Of a stretch of 32,000 bases of DNA, positions 9,349-19,294 are shown piece after piece. This stretch comes from Vibrio vulnificus CMCP6. GTDB lineage: Bacteria > Pseudomonadota > Gammaproteobacteria > Enterobacterales > Vibrionaceae. The stretch spans positions 1,230,001-1,262,000 of the forward strand of contig NC_004459.3 in assembly GCF_000039765.1 (NCBI RefSeq). The letters run 5' to 3'. Numbering within the stretch: position 1 is the stretch's first letter; every line of letters starts with the position of its first letter. The notes beneath the pieces were generated by a model. That model made no database searches and had not been told where the DNA came from. It saw nothing but the letters and a program-made list of their open reading frames with translations. The position numbers and the translations under genes are program-made.

Positions 9349-10032
9349 TTACTCCACAATCATTAAGTAGCCACGGCCACGTAAGGTTTTAATTCGAGAT
9401 TTGCCATCCGCACGTTCAGGGAGTTTTTTCCGCAAATTCGAAACGTGCATATCAATGGCACGGTCAAAAGCCGCTAGGCGTTTACCGAGCACATCCAAGC
9501 TGAGCGTCTCTTTGGTTAATGTGCTCCCTGGGTTTTGCATAAAGTGGCTCAGCAAGGCGAACTCGGTCGCAGTGAGGTCAAGTTGAGTGCCAGCGCAATA
9601 CGCTTCCAATCGGCCCGGATAAATTTTCAGATCTTGATACTCAATGCAATCGCTGCTTTTCGGGGCTTTCGTCGCACTGGTGCGGCGCAAAATCGCTTTG
9701 ATACGTGCCAGCAGTTCACGATCACTGAAAGGTTTGGGCAGATAGTCATCCGCACCCAGCTCCAAGCCGATGACACGATCGATCTCTTCCCCTTTGGCTG
9801 TCAGCATTAATACTGGCGTGTCCCACTGTTCACGTAACTTCTTCAACGTATCGATGCCGTTGAGTTTGGGCATCATGACATCGAGTAAGATCAAATCAAT
9901 CTCTGCCGATAAGGCTTGTAAACCCTGCTCACCGTCGTTCGCCTCGGTGACATTAAAGCCTTCATAGCTTAAGACTTCTGTCAGCAAGCTCGTCAGTTCG
10001 GTATCGTCATCAATCAACAGGATGTTTGCCAT
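9349..10032 (-). CDS. cpxR: OmpR-family response regulator CpxR
   Basis: The 227-aa product begins MANILLIDDD, has the acceptor context LILLDVMMP and a winged-helix C-terminus (IKTLRGRGYL). It is divergent from cpxP, with GTAAA-N5-GTAAA boxes between them. Confidence 0.95.
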   Translation of the reverse strand: MANILLIDDDTELTSLLTEVLSYEGFNVTEANDGEQGLQALSAEIDLILLDVMMPKLNGIDTLKKLREQWDTPVLMLTAKGEEIDRVIGLELGADDYLPKPFSDRELLARIKAILRRTSATKAPKSSDCIEYQDLKIYPGRLEAYCAGTQLDLTATEFALLSHFMQNPGSTLTKETLSLDVLGKRLAAFDRAIDMHVSNLRKKLPERADGKSRIKTLRGRGYLMIVE

Positions 10033-10108
10033 AGTAGGGCCTTTCTCTCAATCAGTTCTCTTTAATATTACTGTGAAATGACCGCAGGGAAGAGGAGCAA
10101 AGTCGCTC

Positions 10109-10144
10109 TTTACGATACTTTACGCTCTCTATACGTCACTTTAC
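10109..10144 (-). promoter_or_regulatory. CpxR boxes in the cpxR-cpxP divergent region
   Basis: The minus strand reads GTAAAgtatcGTAAA (10109..10123), a perfect match to the published GTAAA-N5-GTAAA CpxR consensus. A third GTAAA lies at 10140..10144, 21 bp from the second. Confidence 0.75.
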
Positions 10145-10220
10145 CTTGCAGTTTGTATTCTACACTCAAGCGCTGTGAGAACAGCTCAAATGAACCACCG
10201 ACATGAGTAAGGAATTGATT

Positions 10221-10736
10221 ATGAAACTTGCAAAAAAAATGGTACTCGCTGCTGTTGTCCTTCCACTAACACTAGGTACTGCCAGCGCTTTTGCTTTTGG
10301 CGGCGGTAAAGGTCATCACAAAGGGCCTGACGGCGAATGTGGCATGGGGATGGATCGTGGCATCTTACGTCAACTTGACCTGACCGATGCACAGAAAGAG
10401 CAGTTGGATGCGATGCGTGGCAGCAACCGTGCACAAATGAAAGAGATGTATCAAGGCAACTTCGCAGCAAACCAGGCTGAGCGTCAAGCACAGCACGCTA
10501 AAGTACAGGCCTTGTTACTGGCGGACAATTTCGACCAAGCCACGGCCAATGAGCTTGCGAAACAGATGGCGGAGAAACAGGCAGAGCGCCGTGTGAAAAT
10601 GCTGGAAAAACAACATCAAATGTTGAGCATTTTGACTCCAGAGCAAAAAGCAAAGTTCGTTGAATTGCAAAACGAGCGTATGCAAGAGTGTGGCGACAAA
10701 ATGCAAAAACGCATGGAAAAGCACGCGAAAAACTGA
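10221..10736 (+). CDS. cpxP: periplasmic CpxP/Spy-family protein
   Basis: ORF 10203..10736. The ATG at 10221 has AAGGA 7 nt upstream and gives the signal peptide MKLAKKMVLAAVVLPLTLGTASAFA. There are two LTxxQ motifs (LTDAQKEQL, LTPEQKAKF). Position relative to cpxRA matches E. coli. Confidence 0.88.
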   Translation: MKLAKKMVLAAVVLPLTLGTASAFAFGGGKGHHKGPDGECGMGMDRGILRQLDLTDAQKEQLDAMRGSNRAQMKEMYQGNFAANQAERQAQHAKVQALLLADNFDQATANELAKQMAEKQAERRVKMLEKQHQMLSILTPEQKAKFVELQNERMQECGDKMQKRMEKHAKN

Positions 10737-10765
10737 TCTGTGCGGTATTCACTGACTTGAGCAAA

Positions 10766-10787
10766 AAGGCGATCTTCGGATCGCCTT
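10766..10787. terminator. hairpin after cpxP (T-run is better on the minus strand)
   Basis: AAGGCGATC-ttcg-GATCGCCTT. It is followed by TTAAAT on the plus strand, while the minus-strand reading is followed by TTTTTGC. Confidence 0.55.
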
Positions 10788-10855
10788 AAATGTATCGTAC
10801 TCATTCCCGCTTGAGCGCGTTATACTGCGAGCAAGGCTTTTTTCATCGAATGATT

Positions 10856-11764
10856 ATGAAACACCAATACGCACGTTTAGTGACGATGGCTGCTTGGACG
10901 GCAACCGCAGTCGCAACTCTACTTCTCCTCGTTAAAATAGTGGCTTGGTGGGTGACCGGCTCTGTGAGCTTACTTGCCTCGCTGATCGATTCATTCCTCG
11001 ATATTGCGGCGTCTGTCGTCAACTTAATTGTGGTGCGTTATGCGCTGCAACCTGCTGATGAGGAACACACTTTTGGCCATGGCAAAGCGGAATCGCTCGC
11101 GGCGTTGGCTCAAGCGATGTTTATCTCAGGTTCCGCGGTCTTTTTGATCCTCAATGGTATTGATCGCTTCTTCCGTCCTCATGAGTTGAACTCTCCAGAA
11201 TATGGCGTATTCGTCAGCTTGTTTGCTATGGTGGTGACATTCGCCTTGGTGACATTCCAAAAATACGTGGTGAAGAAGACCGGTAGCCAAGCCATTGCGG
11301 CGGACTCTCTGCATTATCAAAGTGACCTATTCATGAATGCGGCCATTATGGTGGCGTTGGGGCTAAGCTATTATGGCGTTGGCCAAGCCGACGCGGTGTT
11401 TGCCGTCGGAATCGGGCTGTTTATTCTGTATAGCGCCTTCAAAATGGTGATGGAAGCGATCCAAACCTTGCTCGATCGCAAGCTGCCTGATGAAGAGTTA
11501 GAACAAATTCGCTGTGAATGTCTCGCGGTAGAGAATGTTCTGGGGGTGCATCAACTGCGCACTAGAATGTCAGGGCCGACGCGCTTTATTCAGCTTCATC
11601 TTGAGTTGGACGATGATCTGCCGTTGATCAAAGCGCACCAAATTGCCGACGAAGTGGAAGAGCGGTTGCTGGCGTGTTTCCCTGATGCCGATGTATTAAT
11701 CCACCAAGATCCTTATTCTGTGGTGATTGTCAGTGAAAAAGAACAGATAGAACAACAGTGGTAA
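10856..11764 (+). CDS. fieF: cation-diffusion-facilitator Fe/Zn efflux transporter FieF (YiiP)
   Basis: ORF 10790..11764. The start at 10856 (MKHQYARLV) aligns with E. coli FieF MNQSYGRLV as I recall it. The longer ORF start would overlap the cpxP terminator hairpin. Conserved stretch: [24 protein letters not shown]. Confidence 0.92.
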   Translation: MKHQYARLVTMAAWTATAVATLLLLVKIVAWWVTGSVSLLASLIDSFLDIAASVVNLIVVRYALQPADEEHTFGHGKAESLAALAQAMFISGSAVFLILNGIDRFFRPHELNSPEYGVFVSLFAMVVTFALVTFQKYVVKKTGSQAIAADSLHYQSDLFMNAAIMVALGLSYYGVGQADAVFAVGIGLFILYSAFKMVMEAIQTLLDRKLPDEELEQIRCECLAVENVLGVHQLRTRMSGPTRFIQLHLELDDDLPLIKAHQIADEVEERLLACFPDADVLIHQDPYSVVIVSEKEQIEQQW

Positions 11765-11807
11765 CGCTCGAAAAAATACGCTTATCTTCAGGACAAATAA
11801 GCGGTTG

Positions 11808-11836
11808 TTGACTATCTTTCCAACAGCCTCTATTAA
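11808..11836 (+). promoter_or_regulatory. near-consensus sigma-70 promoter in the fieF-pfkA spacer
   Basis: TTGACT-N17-TATTAA. The predicted transcription start is near 11843, about 208 nt upstream of the pfkA ATG. Confidence 0.45.
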
Positions 11837-11986
11837 GATTCGTGATCCTGATGTGAATCAACAAAGTTTGAGTGCAAAACTGTAATACTCTTACATAAGT
11901 AGAAAAGTTACATAAAAATGTGTGTTTTCATTGGTATTCCTGTAGAGGAAATGTAACATTACGCACAGTTTTTCGGATTATATTGG

Positions 11987-12009
11987 TAGCTGACTAACAG
12001 CTATTTTTT
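11987..12009 (+). terminator. small terminator-like hairpin in the pfkA leader
   Basis: TAGCTG-actaa-CAGCTA followed by TTTTTT. The stem is 6 bp (8 with G-U pairs) and the structure lies 42 nt upstream of the pfkA ATG. Confidence 0.35.
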
Positions 12010-12050
12010 AAAGATTATTAAATATTGATTTCTAAAGATCGAGGGTGAGC

Positions 12051-13013
12051 ATGATTAAGAAGATCGGTGTTTTGACAAGTGGTGGTGACGCCCCTGGTAT
12101 GAACGCAGCAATCCGTGGTGTGGTACGTACTGCACTGGGTGCTGGTCTTGAAGTTTATGGTATCTATGATGGCTACCTAGGCTTGTACGAAGGCCGTATT
12201 AAACAACTTGATCGTTCAAGCGTTTCTGATGTGATTAACCGTGGTGGTACGTTCTTGGGATCAGCTCGTTTCCCAGAATTTAAAGAAGTTGCGGTACGTG
12301 AAAAAGCGATTGAAAACCTAAAAGCACACGGTATTGATGCGCTTGTGGTTATCGGCGGCGACGGTTCGTACATGGGTGCGAAGAAACTGACTGAAATGGG
12401 TTACCCATGTATCGGTCTACCAGGCACGATTGACAACGATATCGCAGGTACGGATTACACCATCGGTTACCTAACGGCGCTGAACACGGTTATCGAATCG
12501 ATCGACCGTCTACGCGATACTTCATCTTCTCACCAGCGTATTTCTATCGTAGAAATCATGGGTCGTCACTGTGGTGACCTCACTCTGATGTCTGCTATCG
12601 CAGGTGGCTGTGAATACATCATCACACCAGAAACTGGCCTAGATAAAGAGAAGCTGATTGGCAACATCCAAGACGGCATTTCTAAAGGTAAGAAACATGC
12701 GATCATCGCGCTGACTGAGCTGATGATGGACGCGAACGAACTGGCAAAAGAGATCGAAGCGGGAACGGGTCGTGAAACTCGTGCCACGGTTCTTGGTCAC
12801 ATCCAACGTGGTGGCCGTCCAACGGCGTTCGACCGTGTTCTTGCGTCTCGTATGGGTAACTACGCGGTTCACCTATTGATGGAAGGTCATGGTGGCCGTT
12901 GTGTTGGTATCGTGAAAGAGCAACTTGTTCACCACGACATCATCGATGCAATCGAGAACATGAAGCGTCCAGTTCGCAATGATCTGTTCAAAGTAGCAGA
13001 AGAGCTATTCTAA
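12051..13013 (+). CDS. pfkA: ATP-dependent 6-phosphofructokinase
   Basis: [36 protein letters not shown]. The ATG at 12051 has GAGGG 6 nt upstream; the ORF track begins at GTG 12045. Confidence 0.97.
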   Translation: MIKKIGVLTSGGDAPGMNAAIRGVVRTALGAGLEVYGIYDGYLGLYEGRIKQLDRSSVSDVINRGGTFLGSARFPEFKEVAVREKAIENLKAHGIDALVVIGGDGSYMGAKKLTEMGYPCIGLPGTIDNDIAGTDYTIGYLTALNTVIESIDRLRDTSSSHQRISIVEIMGRHCGDLTLMSAIAGGCEYIITPETGLDKEKLIGNIQDGISKGKKHAIIALTELMMDANELAKEIEAGTGRETRATVLGHIQRGGRPTAFDRVLASRMGNYAVHLLMEGHGGRCVGIVKEQLVHHDIIDAIENMKRPVRNDLFKVAEELF

Positions 13014-13037
13014 GCAGAATAAACTGATTATCTGAGC

Positions 13038-13063
13038 AAAGGCTGCGTTATCGCAGCCTTTTT
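13038..13063. terminator. terminator between convergent pfkA and the MATE gene
   Basis: AAAGGCTGCG-ttat-CGCAGCCTTTTT. Confidence 0.8.
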
Positions 13064-13093
13064 CATATCGGTGGCTTCTACCAGACGTCAAAT

Positions 13094-14440
13094 CTAAGGC
13101 ACTAATGTGGCCAATTGCTGTTTGCGTTGCTTAAGGGCGTAAAGATAGCTGCACAACCCGACCAAAATGTTGCCCACCGCAATGCCAATAAACAGCCCTT
13201 CAATGTCGTAGAGCCAACTGCCTAGGTATGCCGCTGGCAGGGTAAACACAAACAGCCGAATTACGCTCCAGCGGAAGGCGTTGAGTGGTTGGTGCATGGC
13301 ATTTAAACCGCTGACCAGCATCATCACAATGCCTAAAAAACCGTAGCTGATCGGTACCACCAGCAGGTAATGCCAAAGCAAATCTCTTACCGCTTGCTCT
13401 TGTGAGAATAGAGCGGCGAGCGGAATACTGAGCGGCACCATCATCAAAAACACCAAACCTTGAAACAGCACCGAAAAGCGCATGCTGACGAACAATCCTT
13501 GGAACGCTCGTTGTGGGTTTTTCGCGCCAAAGTTTTGCGCCATAAAAGGCGTCAGAGCAGAGGTGAGTGCCATGAGGACCAAAATCAAAATCGATTCAAT
13601 GCGTTGTGCCGCCCCATAAGCGGCAACAGCAGCGGTGCCGTGGCTGGACAGCATCATCATTAAAATGGCGCCAGAGAGAGGGTTCATTGCGTTGGAAAGC
13701 GCAGCCGGAGTGCCGACCTTGAGAATCTGCTGCCAATCCTCTTTTAAGCGTTGCCATTGTGGCAGGCCGAGCAGCCGCTCACGCTGAATCAAAACGTAGA
13801 AAGAGCCAATCAGCGCACCGAGCCAACTCAACGCACTCGCAATCGCTGCGCCTTGAATACCGAGCTCAGGAAATGGGCCGATACCAAAAATCAGCAGCGG
13901 GTCGAGCACGCCGTTGATAAGCCCAGCGAGCATCATGATTTTGGCTGGGGTCTTAGTATCTCCGGTGGCACGAATGGCACTGTTTCCTGCCATCGGAATC
14001 ACCAGTAATGGGATGGTGAGGTACCAGACATGCATGTATTGGCCGATGAGGGGAATCAGTTCCTCTTTCGCACCAAGCAAGGTAAATAAGGGGGTGACAG
14101 TAAAGAAGCCGAGTGTGGAAGCGAGCGCAACCAGCACAACCGCCAATAGCAAGCCATGGGTAGTAAAACGTGCGGCTTGATGCGCTTCTCCTTGACCTAA
14201 TAGACGACCGATGCTGGTCGATAGTCCGACCCCGATGCCCATCGTAATGCAGTTAACGGCGAAGGTGACGGGGAAGGTATAGCTGATCGCCGCCAGTGCT
14301 TCGGTGCCAAGTAGTGAGATGAAAAAGGTGTCGACCAAGTTAAACATCAGGATCGCCACCATGCCAAATATCATGGGGACGGTCATTTTTCGTAGCGTTT
14401 CCGCGATGGGCGCGCTCAGCAAGCCATGTTTATCAAGCAT
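13094..14440 (-). CDS. MATE-family multidrug/sodium efflux transporter
   Basis: About 448 aa and 12 predicted TM helices, with typical MATE composition. The ORF opens at TTG 14443 and the adjacent ATG at 14440 has GGTGA 6 nt upstream. I cannot say which named Vibrio MATE pump it is. Confidence 0.85.
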   Translation of the reverse strand: MLDKHGLLSAPIAETLRKMTVPMIFGMVAILMFNLVDTFFISLLGTEALAAISYTFPVTFAVNCITMGIGVGLSTSIGRLLGQGEAHQAARFTTHGLLLAVVLVALASTLGFFTVTPLFTLLGAKEELIPLIGQYMHVWYLTIPLLVIPMAGNSAIRATGDTKTPAKIMMLAGLINGVLDPLLIFGIGPFPELGIQGAAIASALSWLGALIGSFYVLIQRERLLGLPQWQRLKEDWQQILKVGTPAALSNAMNPLSGAILMMMLSSHGTAAVAAYGAAQRIESILILVLMALTSALTPFMAQNFGAKNPQRAFQGLFVSMRFSVLFQGLVFLMMVPLSIPLAALFSQEQAVRDLLWHYLLVVPISYGFLGIVMMLVSGLNAMHQPLNAFRWSVIRLFVFTLPAAYLGSWLYDIEGLFIGIAVGNILVGLCSYLYALKQRKQQLATLVP

Positions 14441-14444
14441 CAAT

Positions 14445-14470
14445 CATCACCAGAAGGCATCACCAGAAGG
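14445..14470. repeat. perfect 13-bp tandem duplication (CATCACCAGAAGG x2) just upstream of the MATE start
   Basis: Units at 14445..14457 and 14458..14470. In the gene sense each unit is CCTTCTGGTGATG, so the SD-like GGTGA is duplicated. Confidence 0.9.
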
Positions 14471-14583
14471 TGCAAAAGCGCTAGGATACAAGAAATGTGT
14501 GCGAGGGGCGAGCGAGCTGTTTTTAAGCAATCCTTTGCCAAAGCCTCGGAACTTTTAACTTAGTCACAAAAAAATCCTCACGC

Positions 14584-14616
14584 CCCCTTGGGATCGTCAT
14601 GATCACCCCCTATATA
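14584..14616 (+). promoter_or_regulatory. sigma-32 (heat-shock) promoter of groES-groEL
   Basis: CCCCCTTGGGA-N12-CCCCCTAT. It has the same geometry as the E. coli groE promoter CCCCCTTGAAG-N12-CCCCATTT (from memory) and lies about 75 nt upstream of groES. Confidence 0.7.
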
Positions 14617-14691
14617 GTTAGCACTAGGCCTAGAAGCCCTGCTTCAGGGTAATTATCAAATAAACATGGAATTTTTCAGGAGAGACGACCG

Positions 14692-14982
14692 ATGAACATT
14701 CGTCCATTACATGATCGAGTTATCGTAGAGCGCCAAGAAGTTGAATCTAAATCTGCTGGTGGCATCGTTTTAACTGGTTCTGCTGCGGAAAAATCAACTC
14801 GCGGTGTTGTTCTAGCTGTAGGTAAAGGCCGCATTCTAGAAAACGGCACTGTTCAGCCGCTGGACGTTAAAGTTGGTGATACTGTTATCTTTGCAGAGAG
14901 CTACGGCACTAAGACTGAAAAGATCGACGGTAAAGAAGTTCTTATCATGTCTGAAAACGACATTATGGCTATTGTCGACTAA
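14692..14982 (+). CDS. groES: co-chaperonin GroES
   Basis: The 96-aa product begins [12 protein letters not shown] and has the [14 protein letters not shown] mobile loop. It has a sigma-32-type promoter upstream and is followed by groEL. Confidence 0.98.
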   Translation: MNIRPLHDRVIVERQEVESKSAGGIVLTGSAAEKSTRGVVLAVGKGRILENGTVQPLDVKVGDTVIFAESYGTKTEKIDGKEVLIMSENDIMAIVD

Positions 14983-14995
14983 TAGCAATCGTTGA

Positions 14996-16696
<1,701 letters not shown>

Positions 16697-16721
16697 TCAG
16701 CCTACCCGCTGTCAATATTTG

Positions 16722-16754
16722 AAAAAGCTGAGGAGCGATCCTCAGCTTTTTTTT
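16722..16754 (+). terminator. intrinsic terminator after groEL
   Basis: AAAAAGCTGAGGA-gcga-TCCTCAGCT followed by T8. Confidence 0.9.
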
Positions 16755-16889
16755 ATCGCTGAGAATGTGTCGTTTATTCAAGAATATGAACAATATCCGA
16801 TATAAGATGAGATTCATATTCTACACTGCTACTGAGATGCATATGAATGTAACTTGGTAAGTGCATGAAAAATAGAATGTTTTAAAATG

Positions 16890-16933
16890 GTTTTGTCAAA
16901 TGGATGAAAAAACATTCAGACATTTGACAAAAC
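16890..16933. repeat. 13-bp perfect inverted repeat with 18-bp spacer upstream of the repeat-protein gene
   Basis: GTTTTGTCAAATG (16890..16902) and CATTTGACAAAAC (16921..16933). Each arm contains TTGACA. Confidence 0.85.
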
Positions 16934-17038
16934 AATGACTTGGCAAAATTGAACGGCGTACATAATAAGTCGATGGGTACGGGAGTCGGCATCGCGCCGC
17001 CGGTACTTAACAACTCATAGTCAGTGGAGACTCAACCA

Positions 17039-17593
17039 ATGAAAAAAATCTTAACAGCAGCAGTGGTAACCGCGTTAACGTCAACAGCGGCAATGGCAGC
17101 AACGCCTGTAATGTTTTCTTCAATCAATAACTTTAACGCGCCAGATGACAGCGCTGTGGCGGGTGTTCGTGTTGCCGCACTCTACGGTAAAGTCGATAAC
17201 TTGAAAGGTGTTGATCTAGCGGTGGTTGGTCTCTCTGAAACCGACACAACAACAGGTGTTAACTTAGGTATCTTTGGTGCATCGAAAGTAAACCAAGAAA
17301 TGACTGGTGCGTCATTGGGTTTCTTCAACTGGAATACTGGCCAAACCACAGGTGTTAACCTTGGTGCAGTGAACTTGACCAATGATGTTAAAGGCGCAAA
17401 CGTGAGTTTTGTGAACTACTCGGAAGGCAACACCATGGTCGATGTGGGTGCGGCAAACTTCTCGGATACTTCGACTGTTCAGGTGGGCGTATTCAACAAA
17501 ACCGCAAAAATTGAAGGCGTGCAAATTGGCCTAATCAACTGTGCGGACAACGGTTTCTTCCCTTGCTTCCCAATCATTAACTTTGCGAAGTAA
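17039..17593 (+). CDS. secreted hypothetical protein with degenerate ~15-residue G-V-x-L-G-x-x-N repeats
   Basis: ORF 17024..17593 opens with GTG. The ATG at 17039 gives the Sec signal MKKILTAAVVTALTSTAAMAA. The mature part has about 9 repeats (GVDLAVVG, GVNLGIFG, GASLGFFN, GVNLGAVN, GANVSFVN, VQVGVFN, GVQIGLIN) and a C-terminal Cys pair (INCADNGFFPCFPIINF). I recognise no function. Confidence 0.75.
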   Translation: MKKILTAAVVTALTSTAAMAATPVMFSSINNFNAPDDSAVAGVRVAALYGKVDNLKGVDLAVVGLSETDTTTGVNLGIFGASKVNQEMTGASLGFFNWNTGQTTGVNLGAVNLTNDVKGANVSFVNYSEGNTMVDVGAANFSDTSTVQVGVFNKTAKIEGVQIGLINCADNGFFPCFPIINFAK

Positions 17594-17626
17594 GCTCAAT
17601 CGAGAGTTAAGTTCTCGATAGTATAA

Positions 17627-17665
17627 AGAAACCCCAGCCAATAATGGTCTGGGGTTTTTGTTTTT
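17627..17665. terminator. bidirectional terminator between the repeat-protein gene and the MgtC-like gene
   Basis: AACCCCAG..CTGGGGTTTTTGTTTTT with AAAGAAA upstream. Confidence 0.8.
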
Positions 17666-17695
17666 AGCAGTGAGCAAAGATAGCCATATACTGGT

Positions 17696-18190
17696 TTATT
17701 TAATCAGGCGTGAACTGCGGCGCTGCTGAATTTTTTGGTGAACGCCTCGGCGCAGCGCTTGAATGCGGTTTTCTGCTTTGTCGACGCCGAGCAACACTGT
17801 CAGGGCAAGCACCGTCATGATCACAGATTGTTGCATCAGCCCTAAACCAATCATCATTCCCATCGACGCCAACACCCAGATGACTGCAGCGGATGTTACT
17901 CCGTGAATTTTCCCATCTTGAGTCATCATCACACCTGCACCTAAAAAGCCCACACCGGTAATGATTTGTCCAAGCACACGGGCTTGATCAAGAGTATTCG
18001 GCGAGAGGTAGACCGCCATAGACATAAAAAAGTAGGTACCAGAAATAATCAAAATAGAAGTTCGAATACCCACTGGCTTGCCACGAGTTTGCCGCTCGGC
18101 ACCGATTAAGAGCCCATTGACCGCACAGCACAATAAGGCGACCCAACTAAACGGCTCAATACTGAGTAGGGAATCTAAGGTTAATGACAT
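17696..18190 (-). CDS. MgtC/SapB-family membrane protein (membrane domain only)
   Basis: The 164-aa product has the MgtC-family core motifs GAERQ..GKPVGIRT and GVGFLGAG. It is followed by a short basic tail, not the roughly 90-aa soluble domain of Salmonella MgtC (from memory). Confidence 0.8.
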   Translation of the reverse strand: MSLTLDSLLSIEPFSWVALLCCAVNGLLIGAERQTRGKPVGIRTSILIISGTYFFMSMAVYLSPNTLDQARVLGQIITGVGFLGAGVMMTQDGKIHGVTSAAVIWVLASMGMMIGLGLMQQSVIMTVLALTVLLGVDKAENRIQALRRGVHQKIQQRRSSRLIK

Positions 18191-18239
18191 AAAGGCTTCC
18201 TAAAATAAGAACAGAGAAAACGCAATGAACAAGCGTGAG

Positions 18240-19262
18240 TTATTCAAGATAGAGATCCAGTGGGGTTTTACTTGGACGGCCACCGATTTCTCGAGTCAGG
18301 GTTGGGACAAGATAGCCAGACACTTGCGTGATCAAGCCGTGCATAATCGCTTTGGCCTCTTGATCGGAAACATAAAAATGTGCCGCGCCTTGAACCTTAT
18401 CCAACACATGTAAGTAATAGGGCAAAATGCCAGCATCAAACAGTGCTTCGCTAAGATGCACTTGCGCTTCGACGCTATCATTCACTCCTTTCAGCAGCAC
18501 GCCTTGATTCAATAATGTCACACCTATGCGTTTTAACCGATGCAGTTGCGAGGTTAATTCGGCGTTGATCTCATTGGCATGGTTGATGTGCGTGACCAAA
18601 ATGACTTGCAAACGCGTTTGTTCTAGCAACTGGCACAGTGCCGTTGTGATGCGTGCGGGTATCACCACAGGTAAACGCGAGTGAATGCGTAGTCGCTTGA
18701 TGTGGGGAATGTCAGCAATACGTTCGATTAACCACTGTAACTCATCATCTTTGGCCATCAAGGGATCGCCACCGGAAAAGATCACTTCATTCAGTGCGCT
18801 ATTTTGTGCAATGTAATCGAGGCTTTGCTGCCAAACCGTTTTGCTGCCTTTGTTGTCTTGATAAGGAAAGTGACGGCGGAAACAATAGCGGCAGTTAATC
18901 GCGCATCCTCCTTTGACGATCATCAGCGCACGATTGTGGTACTTGTGGAGTAAGCCAGGAATCGCATTGTCTTGCTCCTCAAGGGGATCGACAGAATAAC
19001 CCGGATGGATTTCATGCTCTTCGCTAACGGGTAACACTTGGCGCAAGAGTGGATCATTCGGATTACGTTTTTCCATTCTTTCGACAAAACTTTGCGGCAC
19101 GCGTTGTGCGAACAATCCACGTGCTGAGAACCCGTCTTGCCAAGGTGTTGGATCGATTTCCAACATTTTGAGCAAGGTTGCAGGATCAGAGATCCCATTC
19201 GCTAGCTGTTTGAGCCAGTTTTGCTCAACAGATTCGACTTTTCGGGGTATTATGTGCGGCAT
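18240..19262 (-). CDS. epmB: EF-P beta-lysylation protein EpmB (lysine 2,3-aminomutase, radical SAM)
   Basis: The 340-aa product has the radical-SAM motif CAINCRYCFRR and YjeK-like length. It is divergent from efp with a 32-bp spacer, as in E. coli. Confidence 0.94.
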   Translation of the reverse strand: MPHIIPRKVESVEQNWLKQLANGISDPATLLKMLEIDPTPWQDGFSARGLFAQRVPQSFVERMEKRNPNDPLLRQVLPVSEEHEIHPGYSVDPLEEQDNAIPGLLHKYHNRALMIVKGGCAINCRYCFRRHFPYQDNKGSKTVWQQSLDYIAQNSALNEVIFSGGDPLMAKDDELQWLIERIADIPHIKRLRIHSRLPVVIPARITTALCQLLEQTRLQVILVTHINHANEINAELTSQLHRLKRIGVTLLNQGVLLKGVNDSVEAQVHLSEALFDAGILPYYLHVLDKVQGAAHFYVSDQEAKAIMHGLITQVSGYLVPTLTREIGGRPSKTPLDLYLE

Positions 19263-19294
19263 TGAATTTAGCTCTAAGAATGTAAGAGGACAAA

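Noticed and set aside
10232-10239. A8 homopolymer in the cpxP signal-peptide region, and an A8/T8 tract at 31107..31114 in envC, considered as phase-variation tracts
   Set aside because: The tracts are short. They encode ordinary Lys-Lys or Phe-Phe-Phe in signal peptides. Both genes are in frame, and there is no evidence of slippage.
10790-10855. N-terminal extension of fieF ([22 protein letters not shown])
   Set aside because: It begins inside the cpxP terminator hairpin. The start at 10856 aligns with the E. coli FieF N-terminus.
16971-17010. GC-rich segment upstream of the repeat-protein gene considered as a riboswitch
   Set aside because: I could not match it to any riboswitch consensus I know (c-di-GMP, Mg2+/M-box, glycine, TPP and others). 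Only short ambiguous stems are visible. It is retained only as context in a finding.
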